From NCBI RefSeq assembly GCF_001441165.1, contig NZ_CP013126.1, positions 625,551 through 649,550 on the forward strand: a stretch of DNA of 24,000 nt. Direction: 5' to 3'. This document shows positions 14,797 through 22,151 of this stretch, one piece after another. The DNA is from Acidipropionibacterium acidipropionici. GTDB lineage: Bacteria; Actinomycetota; Actinomycetes; Propionibacteriales; Propionibacteriaceae. Made by a program: the position numbers and the translations under genes. The notes beneath the pieces were generated by a model. The model had not been told where the DNA came from. It did no database searches and saw only the letters and a list, made by a program, of their open reading frames with translations. How positions within the stretch are numbered: position 1 is the stretch's first letter; each line of letters starts with the position of its first letter.

Positions 14797-14842
14797 GCAT
14801 TGTCGACTTGATGCTGAATGACCAGCATCAAGTCGACAATGC
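14797..14842 (-). terminator. Perfect 20-bp inverted repeat with a 6-nt loop; probable terminator of the PAP2 gene and/or an operator
   Basis: The structure is GCATTGTCGACTTGATGCTG-aatgac-CAGCATCAAGTCGACAATGC. It begins 20 nt after the stop at 14863. It is lower in GC than its surroundings and each arm contains GTCGAC and a TTGTCG core. Confidence 0.6.
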
Positions 14843-14862
14843 CTCAGCGGTGGAGCTGCGGA

Positions 14863-16347
14863 TCAGCGTCCCCCCGCCCCGGCGGGCACGTGATCCTTGA
14901 TCACCTTGGCCTGACCTCCGGTGGAGAGCACCTTCACCGCACCGTGCCGGTCCACCTTCACCGTCGCCGACATCGCCGCAGCCAGATTCAGGCGCTGCCA
15001 GGAGCCCGGCGCCTTCCCGTCCAGGGCCAGCCTGGTGGTGTCAAGCAGCTGGCCGGACCGGGTCTCGGTCTGCGCCAGAATCGCCCGGCGCTGGGTGGCG
15101 TTGAGACCCGGGTACACCGTCAGCAGCAGGTCCTCCGAGCCGGCGGGCACCGAGGGCGCCAGCCGGGTCGACTGCGTCGGCGCGAACCCGTACTCGAGCC
15201 GCTCGGTGTACACGTTGACCGCGGACTTCCGGTTGTAGACGATCTGCGCGCTGCCTCCGGGGATCGTCTTCCCGGCGTAGGGGTTGTCGCGGTAGGGCCG
15301 GTCCTTGGCGATGCAGCGCGCCAGGGTCGTCCCACAGCGCTGCTCGAGGTAGTTCACCAGCTCGGCGCGGGCCGGCTCCAGCACCTCCTTGCGGTACTTG
15401 GCGTCGGAGACCCGGGCGGCGACCGCGGCCTCACCGGAGATCCGCCCGCCGATGATGTCCAGGGCGTAGTGGACGCCCACCGTCATCCGGTTGTTAGCGG
15501 CCTCCGAGGACCGGGTGAGGATCTCGGGAGCCAGCTCCGGCAGCAGCGTCGCCAGGGTGATCCCGGCCTGGTAGACGGTCGTGGTGTGGCCGCTGGGGAA
15601 GGATCCGCCGGTGCACAGCCCCTCATCGCCGTAGGCCGGCCACAGCACGACGTCGGCATTCGAGAACTGGTGAGTCCGGTCGACCACCGGCGCGAGCCGG
15701 GTGATCTTGAGGCTGCCGTCGGGGTTGGCCCACGGCTGGCCCTTCCTGGTGGGCACGTAGGAGGATGCGTTGACCTTGCTGGGAGCGCAGGCCTCATCCT
15801 CCTTCGGGATCGCCGGCACGTCCGCGTCGGCCGCCAGGTAGGGCCGCGGATGGTAGAAGGCGTCCTTGGCCTTGTCAGTGTTGATGTAGGCGCCCGATGT
15901 GCCGTCGGTGGCGTTGAGCAGGGCATCGACCTTGGGCAGCTTCCCGTTCTTGCGCCCCTCGGCGTAGTAGCGCCCGATCGTCTGTCCGAGCCCGTCGGCG
16001 ATGCTGGTGGACTGGTCGTAGCCCTTGCGGTTGTCGTCCAGGTACATGGCGTTCTGCAGGGCCCGGAACTGCTGGTCCTTGGTGCTGTTCTGGTTGATCC
16101 AGCTGGTGACGCGGTCGTTCCAGTTGGTGACTCTGGGGTTGACGACAGTGCCGTGCATGTCGTGCTTGCCCGACGGCTGCCAGGCGTTGTAGTAGCCCTG
16201 CAGCGCCTTCACCAGGTCGGGCTGGGTGGAGTCGCTGGGGTACTCCGCGGCCTGGGCGACGCCGCCCGATGCCAGCAGAGACGCCCCCGCGACCACCGTG
16301 GCGATGCCGATTCTCAACGGGCGACGGTGCCCGCTCCTGATCCTCAT
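14863..16347 (-). CDS. Secreted PAP2-superfamily acid phosphatase (haloperoxidase-like fold) with a long C-terminal extension
   Basis: ATG 16347 lies 9 nt after GGAGGA. The signal peptide is MRIRSGHRRPLRIGIATVVAGASLLASGGVAQA. The PAP2 motifs are KDAFYHPRP (KX6RP), PSGHT and RMTVGVHYALD (RX5HX3D). The ORF-track start at 16437 is rejected. Confidence 0.88.
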   Translation of the reverse strand: MRIRSGHRRPLRIGIATVVAGASLLASGGVAQAAEYPSDSTQPDLVKALQGYYNAWQPSGKHDMHGTVVNPRVTNWNDRVTSWINQNSTKDQQFRALQNAMYLDDNRKGYDQSTSIADGLGQTIGRYYAEGRKNGKLPKVDALLNATDGTSGAYINTDKAKDAFYHPRPYLAADADVPAIPKEDEACAPSKVNASSYVPTRKGQPWANPDGSLKITRLAPVVDRTHQFSNADVVLWPAYGDEGLCTGGSFPSGHTTTVYQAGITLATLLPELAPEILTRSSEAANNRMTVGVHYALDIIGGRISGEAAVAARVSDAKYRKEVLEPARAELVNYLEQRCGTTLARCIAKDRPYRDNPYAGKTIPGGSAQIVYNRKSAVNVYTERLEYGFAPTQSTRLAPSVPAGSEDLLLTVYPGLNATQRRAILAQTETRSGQLLDTTRLALDGKAPGSWQRLNLAAAMSATVKVDRHGAVKVLSTGGQAKVIKDHVPAGAGGR

Positions 16348-16562
16348 GGGTGTCGATCCTCCGGATTGTATTCCCGGCTCCCTCTTCGGAGCCCTTCCCC
16401 GACGCGCGCGGCCGGGAGGGTGTCCTGCCTTGGCCACTTCCGGATCCGTGGAGATGGCGGCCCCCGCCGCCTGATGATGCCTGGAAGCGCCCCGGCCGCC
16501 GCATCTGAGATGGGACGCTACCGCTCAGGCCCCGCACAGGAGCCGCCCGACACGCGGACGCC

Positions 16563-16599
16563 TACTGTAAAGATCTACTGCAAAGATCCTTTTACAGTA
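16563..16599. repeat. AT-rich palindromic element: 9-bp inverted repeat TACTGTAAA / TTTACAGTA around a spacer with a direct repeat AAAGATC
   Basis: The sequence is ccTACTGTAAAgatctactgcaaagatccTTTACAGTAag. It can extend to a stem of 9 bp, a 2-nt bulge and 4 bp. It lies 53 nt after the rarA stop and 216 nt upstream of the PAP2 start. It is a marked low-GC island. Confidence 0.4.
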
Positions 16600-16651
16600 A
16601 GTGACCCGCCGCCTGCGTCGCGCCCACGATCCCGGCGCAGCACAAGGCCGG

Positions 16652-17956
16652 TCACGAATCGCGGTTCCTCCGGGCCCGCATGGCCTCCCACTCGGCGATC
16701 TTGTCCCCGATGACCTGCTCGTAGCCGTTGCGGGTGGGCCGGTACAGCTTCTGGTGCTCCATGCCGTCGGGGAAGTAGTCGGCTCCGGAGAACCCGGTCT
16801 CGGTGTCGGGGTCGTACTGGTAGCCCTCGCCGTAGCCCAGGTCTTTCATGAGCCGGGTCGGCGCGTTGAGGATGTGCGCCGGCGGGGTGAGCGAGCCGGT
16901 CCGCCTCGCGAGCTTCTGCGCCTCGCCGAACCCCCGGTACACCGCGATCGATTTGGGCGCGGTGGCTACATAGACCACCGCCTGGGCGATCGCCAGCTCC
17001 CCCTCCGGGGAACCCAGCCGCTCGTAGACGTCCCACGCCGCCAGGGCCTGCTGGACGGCCTGGGGATCGGCCATGCCGACGTCCTCGGTGGCGAATCTCA
17101 CCACCCGCCGCGCGATGTACAGCGGATCCTCCCCACCGTCGAGCATCCTCGCCAGCCAGTAGAGGGCGGCGTCGGGATCCGATCCGCGCATCGACTTGTG
17201 GAGCGCCGAGATGAGGTTGTAATGGCCCTCCTGCCCCTTGTCGTACTGGGGCGCCCGCTTCTGCACCACCTCGGCGAGGGCGGCGGTGTCAATCGGACGG
17301 TGCAGGGCGAAGAGCTGCTCGAGCATGTTGAGCAGGTAGCGCCCGTCGCCGTCGGCCATCGCGATCAGGGAGGCGCGGGCCTCCTCGGAGATCTCCAGCC
17401 GGGCCCCGACGACCTGCTCGGCCCGCCCGACGAGGGTGGACAGAGCGGCCTCGTCGAGCCTCCGCAGCACGTAGACCTGGCAGCGCGACAGCAGGGCGCC
17501 GTTGAGTTCGAAGCTCGGGTTCTCGGTGGTGGCCCCCACCAGGGTGATCGTGCCGTCCTCGACATAAGGCAGGAAGGAGTCCTGCTGGGCGCGGTTGAAC
17601 CGGTGCACCTCGTCGACGAAGAGCAGGGTGCCCTGGCCGGCCTCGCGGCGTCTGGCGGCTGCGGCGAAGACCTTGCGCAGGTCGCCCACTCCTGAGAAGG
17701 TCGCCGAGAGAGGTGCGAAGACCAGGTCGGTGGCATCGGCGAGCAGCCGGGCGATGGTGGTCTTCCCGCAGCCCGGAGGTCCCCACAGGATCATCGAGAC
17801 CAGACGCCGCTCGGCCACCATCCGCCCGATCGGCGCGTCGGCGGCCAGCAGATGGTCCTGTCCGACGACGTCACCCAGGGATGTGGGGCGCATCCGGTCG
17901 GCCAGCGGGCGGGTGGACTCGTCGGGTTCGAACAGTGACGGCGCATCGGACTCCAT
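16652..17956 (-). CDS. rarA: Replication-associated recombination protein A (AAA+ ATPase RarA/MgsA)
   Basis: ATG 17956 lies 8 nt after GGAAGGAGG. It has Walker A GPPGCGKTT, Walker B LLFVDEVHRFN, the sensor GATTENPSFELNGALLSR, and the conserved MgsA C-terminal region (YDKGQEGHYNLISALHKSMRGSDPDAALYWLARML). Confidence 0.93.
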   Translation of the reverse strand: MESDAPSLFEPDESTRPLADRMRPTSLGDVVGQDHLLAADAPIGRMVAERRLVSMILWGPPGCGKTTIARLLADATDLVFAPLSATFSGVGDLRKVFAAAARRREAGQGTLLFVDEVHRFNRAQQDSFLPYVEDGTITLVGATTENPSFELNGALLSRCQVYVLRRLDEAALSTLVGRAEQVVGARLEISEEARASLIAMADGDGRYLLNMLEQLFALHRPIDTAALAEVVQKRAPQYDKGQEGHYNLISALHKSMRGSDPDAALYWLARMLDGGEDPLYIARRVVRFATEDVGMADPQAVQQALAAWDVYERLGSPEGELAIAQAVVYVATAPKSIAVYRGFGEAQKLARRTGSLTPPAHILNAPTRLMKDLGYGEGYQYDPDTETGFSGADYFPDGMEHQKLYRPTRNGYEQVIGDKIAEWEAMRARRNRDS

Positions 17957-17985
17957 GGCTCGGCCCTCCTTCCGACTCCTCTCCG

Positions 17986-18008
17986 ATCCTGACACGCGCG
18001 ACCGACAC
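17986..18008 (-). promoter_or_regulatory. RecA-NDp/PafBC-like promoter motif: GTGTCGGTC-N8-CAGGAT
   Basis: The minus strand reads ccGTGTCGGTCgcgcgtgtCAGGATcggagaggagtcggaaggagggccgagccATG. It has the core TGTCGGT (7 of 9 matches to tTGTCRgtg) and an 8-nt spacer. Its hexamer again has A2 and T6 with C1, as at the exonuclease gene. It ends 29 nt before ATG 17956. Confidence 0.35.
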
Positions 18009-18083
18009 GGCGGCGCGCCCCGGACCCACTATTTTCCGGCAGACGGAAATCTTCTTTCATCCAGCTGAAAACTCCGGTCCCTA

Positions 18084-18098
18084 CTGTGACGATCACAG
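18084..18098. promoter_or_regulatory. Palindrome CTGTGA-cga-TCACAG overlapping a TACTGT -10-like hexamer; candidate operator for the IclR regulator/hut operon
   Basis: It has perfect 6-bp arms and a 3-nt spacer, and lies about 62 nt upstream of ATG 18153. TACTGT at 18082-18087 overlaps the left arm. IclR-family operators are typically palindromes of about 15 bp. Confidence 0.35.
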
Positions 18099-18152
18099 AC
18101 ACGCCCCGAGCCACAGCCCCGGGGAGACGGCGTCGTCGGGAGGAGAGTCCTC

Positions 18153-18863
18153 ATGCCCACCAGCACCACCCGCTCCGTCGAGCGGGCCCTCGCCCTGCTG
18201 CAGGTGGTCTGCGACGACCCCGACATCTCGCTGAGCGACGCCGCCCGCGCCGTCGACCTGGCTCCCTCCAGCGCCCACCGGCTGCTGGCCACCCTCACCG
18301 AGACCGGATACCTCGCCAGATCCGCCGAGGGGCTCTACGAGGTGGGCCCCCAGATGATCCGGCTCAGCGGCCGGGTGCTGGCCGGCAATTCGCTGCGCCG
18401 ACTGTGCCGCCCCACCATGGCCGATCTCGCCGAGTCCACCGGGGAATCGGTCTACCTGTCGGTGCTCAGCAACGACCGCGCTCTCTACATCGGCCTGGTC
18501 ACCGGCTCACAGGCCGTCCAGCACCGCAGCTGGGAGGGCCAGACGATCAGCCTCGCCAGCGCCGCCGGGCGGGCGCTCACGGGCCACACCGGCGAGACCC
18601 GCTTCGTGGCCGTCGCCGACCGGATCGAGCCCGACGTCACCGCCATCGCCGCACCCGTCACCGCCGGAGGCGAGATCCTCGCAGCGCTGAGCATGGTCGT
18701 GCCGAACTACCGGCTCACCACCGAGACGACCATCCGCTTCGGCACCCTCATCGCCGACCACGCCGCATCACTGTCACAGCGCCTGGGCAGCGCTCCCCCG
18801 CCGACGCGCAGACGCCGTTCGGTCGAGTCGGCCAGACGCCGAGCGGCACGCCCCACCACCTGA
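18153..18863 (+). CDS. IclR family transcriptional regulator (probable hut regulator)
   Basis: RBS GGGAGGAGAG lies upstream of ATG 18153. The N-terminal wHTH is SVERALALLQVVCDDPDISLSDAARAVDLAPSSAHRLLATLTETGYL. The IclR effector domain shows ESVYLSVLSNDRALYI...PDVTAIAAPV. It sits directly upstream of hutU, separated by a 26-nt gap. Confidence 0.9.
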   Translation: MPTSTTRSVERALALLQVVCDDPDISLSDAARAVDLAPSSAHRLLATLTETGYLARSAEGLYEVGPQMIRLSGRVLAGNSLRRLCRPTMADLAESTGESVYLSVLSNDRALYIGLVTGSQAVQHRSWEGQTISLASAAGRALTGHTGETRFVAVADRIEPDVTAIAAPVTAGGEILAALSMVVPNYRLTTETTIRFGTLIADHAASLSQRLGSAPPPTRRRRSVESARRRAARPTT

Positions 18864-18889
18864 ACCCAGTCACCGACGAGGAGACCCCC

Positions 18890-20902
18890 ATGGACCACGA
18901 CAACTCCACCACCTCGGCCGCCATGACCATCAAGCTCGACGCCACCCTCCCGCCCGACCCGGTCTTCGACCCGACCATCCGCCGCGCCCCCTCGCGCGGC
19001 TACCGGCTCACCCCCGAGCAGACGAAACTGGCCCTGCGCAACGCCCTGCGCTACCTGCCCGAGGAGCTGCACGCCGCCGCGGCCCCCGAGTTCCTTGAGG
19101 AGCTGCGCACCTACGGCCGCATCTACGCCTACCGGTGGCGCCCCGCCGGGCCCATCACCGGGCGCCCGATCGACACCTACCGGGGCCGCTGCAGCGAGGG
19201 GAGGGCCTTCCAGGTCCAGATCGACAACAACCTCGACTTCGACGTCGCCCTCTACCCCTATGAACTGGTCACCTACGGCGAGACCGGCTCCGTCTGCCAG
19301 AACTGGCTGCAGTACCGGCTCATCACCAAATACCTCCAGGAACTCACCGAGGACACCACCCTGGTCGTGATGTCGGGCCACCCCCTGGGCCTGTTCCCCT
19401 CCCGTCCCGAGTCCCCCCGCGTCATCATCACCAACTCCCTGATGGTCGGCCGCTTCGACGACCAGCAGAACTGGGAGATCTCCGAGCAGCTCGGGGTGGC
19501 CAACTACGGCCAGATGACCGCCGGTGGATGGATGTACATCGGCCCCCAGGGCATCGTCCACGGCACCTTCAACACCCTGCTGAACGCCGGGCGATCCAAG
19601 CTCGGGATCCCCGACGAGGGCGACCTGTCCGGCGTCCTGTTCATCTCCTCGGGGCTGGGCGGCATGAGCGGCGCCCAGCCCAAGGCCGCCGAGATCGCCG
19701 GCGCCGTCGGCGTCATCGCCGAGGTGGACATGTCGCGCATCCGGACCCGCCTGGACCAGGGCTGGGTGAGCCACTGCTCCGAGGACCTCGACGAGGTCTT
19801 CCGGATCGCCCTGGAACACGTGGAGGACGGCACCCCGGCGTCCATCGCCTACCACGGCAACATCGTCGACCTCCTCGAATACGTCGTCGCCCACGACATC
19901 GAGGTCCCGCTGCTCAGCGACCAGACCAGCTGCCACGCCCCCTACGACGGGGGCTACTGCCCCCAGGGATTGTCCTTCGAGGAGCGCACCCGCCTGCTGG
20001 CCACCGACCGCGACGAGTTCGCCCGCCGCGTCGACGCCACCCTGGCCCACCACTTCGAGCTCATCGCGGCCCTCGTGGCCCGCGGCACCTACTTCTTCGA
20101 CTACGGCAACTCCTTCATGAACGCCGTCTTCGAGGCCGGCGTCACGCAGATCGCCAAGGACGGGGACGAGCGCAACGGCTTCATCTGGCCCTCCTACGTC
20201 GAGGACATCATGGGCCCCGAACTCTTCGACTACGGCTACGGGCCCTTCCGCTGGGTCTGCCTGTCCGGCAGGCACGAGGACCTGGTGGCCACCGACGCCG
20301 CCGCGATGGCCTGCATCGACCCGGAGCGCCGCAGCCAGGATCGCGACAACTACAACTGGATCCGCGACGCCGAGGCCAACAACCTGGTCGTCGGCACCCA
20401 GGCGCGCATCCTCTACCAGGATGCCAAGGGACGTATGGACATCGCCCTGAAGTTCAATCAGATGGTCCGCGAAGGCATCATCGGCCCGGTCATGCTGGGC
20501 CGCGACCACCACGACGTGTCAGGCACCGACTCCCCCTTCCGCGAGACCTCCAACATCAAGGACGGCAGCAATGTGATGGCCGACATGGCCACCCAGTGCT
20601 TCGCCGGCAATGCCGCCCGCGGCATGAGCCTGGTGACCCTCCACAACGGCGGCGGCACCGGCATCGGCAACGCCATCAACGGCGGCTTCGGACTGGTGCT
20701 GGACGGCTCGGCGAGGGTGGACGCCGTGATCCGCTCCTCGCTGCTGTGGGACGTCATGTGCGGGGTGGCCAGGCGCGGCTGGGCCCGCAACGAGCACTCC
20801 GTGGCCACCGTCACCGAGTTCAACCGGGAGTACGCCGGGCGGGCGCAGGTGACCCTGCCCTATCTGGTCGACGACTCCCTCATCGACGGGCTGGTGGGCT
20901 GA
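18890..20902 (+). CDS. hutU: Urocanate hydratase, long (670 aa) form
   Basis: ATG 18890 follows GAGGAG. Diagnostic stretches are ELVTYGETG, SGHPLGLFPS, GQMTAGGWMYIGPQGIVHGT, GLGGMSGAQPKA, YFFDYGNSF, GPFRWVCLSG and LGRDHHD. The 938-aa ORF-track entry is an upstream extension that overlaps iclR in another frame. Confidence 0.93.
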   Translation: MDHDNSTTSAAMTIKLDATLPPDPVFDPTIRRAPSRGYRLTPEQTKLALRNALRYLPEELHAAAAPEFLEELRTYGRIYAYRWRPAGPITGRPIDTYRGRCSEGRAFQVQIDNNLDFDVALYPYELVTYGETGSVCQNWLQYRLITKYLQELTEDTTLVVMSGHPLGLFPSRPESPRVIITNSLMVGRFDDQQNWEISEQLGVANYGQMTAGGWMYIGPQGIVHGTFNTLLNAGRSKLGIPDEGDLSGVLFISSGLGGMSGAQPKAAEIAGAVGVIAEVDMSRIRTRLDQGWVSHCSEDLDEVFRIALEHVEDGTPASIAYHGNIVDLLEYVVAHDIEVPLLSDQTSCHAPYDGGYCPQGLSFEERTRLLATDRDEFARRVDATLAHHFELIAALVARGTYFFDYGNSFMNAVFEAGVTQIAKDGDERNGFIWPSYVEDIMGPELFDYGYGPFRWVCLSGRHEDLVATDAAAMACIDPERRSQDRDNYNWIRDAEANNLVVGTQARILYQDAKGRMDIALKFNQMVREGIIGPVMLGRDHHDVSGTDSPFRETSNIKDGSNVMADMATQCFAGNAARGMSLVTLHNGGGTGIGNAINGGFGLVLDGSARVDAVIRSSLLWDVMCGVARRGWARNEHSVATVTEFNREYAGRAQVTLPYLVDDSLIDGLVG

Positions 20903-20903
20903 G

Positions 20904-22151
20904 ATGACCATCTCCCAGACCCGCGGCCCGGCCGGCTGGACGGTCTCCGGGCTGCTCGCCGAGATCGCCGACATCGGCCGCGACGACGACGGCTCCTACT
21001 CGCGGTTCTCACTGAGCCCCGAGGACAGGTCCCTGCGCCAATGGTTCATCTCCCGGGCCGAGGAGCTGGGCCTGGAGGTCAGCATCGATCCGGACGCCAA
21101 CATCTGGGCGTGGTGGGGGCCCGAGGGCCCCGGCGCCGTGCTCACCGGCTCCCACCTGGACTCGGTTCCCGGCGGCGGCGCCTACGACGGGCCGCTGGGG
21201 GTCGCCTCCTCCCTGGCGGCGGTGGCCCGCCTGCGGGCCCGCGGGTTCAGGCCGTCGCGGCCCGTCGCGGTGGTGATGTTCACCGACGAGGAGGGGGCGG
21301 GATTCGGGATGCCCTGTCTGGGGTCCCGGCTGGCCGCCGGCGTCCTTCCCGCCGACCGGGCGCTGGAGCTGAGGGCGCGCGACGGCGCGCCCCTGGCCGA
21401 GGCCTGGCAGGACGCCGGGATGGACGCCGGGATGGACGCCGGGGAGCTCGGCCCGGTGGAGTGGCTGACCACCGCCCGCTGCTTCGTCGAACTGCACGTC
21501 GAGCAGGGCCGCGGGCTGGCCGATCTCGACGCCCCGGTGGCCATCGCCTCCGCGGTGCGCCCGCACGGCCGCTGGCGTCTGGAGTTCACCGGGCAGGGCA
21601 ACCACGCCGGGACCACCCTGATGGCCGACCGGCACGATCCGGTGGTGCCGCTGGCCGCCACAGTCCTGGCCGCTCGGCGTGCGGCCACGGAGACTTCGGA
21701 GGAGTCGGGCGCCGTGGCCACCGTCGGCCGGGTCGAGGTGGTTCCGGGAGGCACGAATGTCATCGCCTCCGCGGCCCGGATGTGGCTGGACTGCCGGGCC
21801 GAGTCCGCCGACGTCGTCCACGCCGTCGTCGCGCAGGTCGAGGCCGAGGCGAGAGCGGCCGCACATCAGGAGGGCTGCGGGTTCGAACTGGTCCAGGAGT
21901 CCTGGACTCCGCGCACCGCCTTCGACCCCGAACTGAAGGCCACCATGGCTCACGTTCTGGGCGACGTCCCCGAGCTTTCCACCGGGGCCGGACACGACGC
22001 CGCGGTGATCGCCGGGATCATGCCCACCGGCATGCTCTTCGTCCGCAATCCCACCGGCGCCTCCCACACCCCGGACGAGTACGCCTCCCCGGCCGACTGC
22101 GAGGCCGGCGCCACAGCGCTCGCGACCATCCTCGAGGAGCTGGCGCGATGA
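20904..22151 (+). CDS. M20-family amidohydrolase of the allantoate amidohydrolase / N-carbamoyl-L-amino-acid hydrolase (AllC/AmaB) type; probable N-formylglutamate deformylase of the hut pathway
   Basis: The start is 1 nt after the hutU stop, and the gene's stop overlaps the hutF start as ATGA. Family motifs are GSHLDSVPGGGAYDGPLGV, FTDEEG, ELHVEQG, GQGNHAGTT and AGHDA. The family call is solid. The pathway role is inferred from context. Confidence 0.85.
   Translation: MTISQTRGPAGWTVSGLLAEIADIGRDDDGSYSRFSLSPEDRSLRQWFISRAEELGLEVSIDPDANIWAWWGPEGPGAVLTGSHLDSVPGGGAYDGPLGVASSLAAVARLRARGFRPSRPVAVVMFTDEEGAGFGMPCLGSRLAAGVLPADRALELRARDGAPLAEAWQDAGMDAGMDAGELGPVEWLTTARCFVELHVEQGRGLADLDAPVAIASAVRPHGRWRLEFTGQGNHAGTTLMADRHDPVVPLAATVLAARRAATETSEESGAVATVGRVEVVPGGTNVIASAARMWLDCRAESADVVHAVVAQVEAEARAAAHQEGCGFELVQESWTPRTAFDPELKATMAHVLGDVPELSTGAGHDAAVIAGIMPTGMLFVRNPTGASHTPDEYASPADCEAGATALATILEELAR
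21409..21444 (+). repeat. In-frame 12-nt tandem repeat (GGACGCCGGGAT x2 plus one near copy) encoding DAGMDAGMDAGE
   Basis: Direct reading gives ggacgccgggat ggacgccgggat ggacgccgggga. It lies inside the M20 amidohydrolase gene. Confidence 0.8.

Noticed and set aside
10732-17695. Shadow ORFs 10732-11910 (-), 14818-16713 (+), 15875-16537 (-) and 16601-17695 (+)
   Set aside because: They lie opposite or out of frame to the M20 peptidase, PAP2 phosphatase and rarA genes. Their composition is biased and they have no motifs.
18086-18889. The upstream 268 codons of the 938-aa ORF that contains hutU
   Set aside because: This part overlaps the well-supported IclR gene in another frame and is Arg/Pro/His-rich. 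Urocanase similarity begins only after ATG 18890, which has its own GAGGAG.
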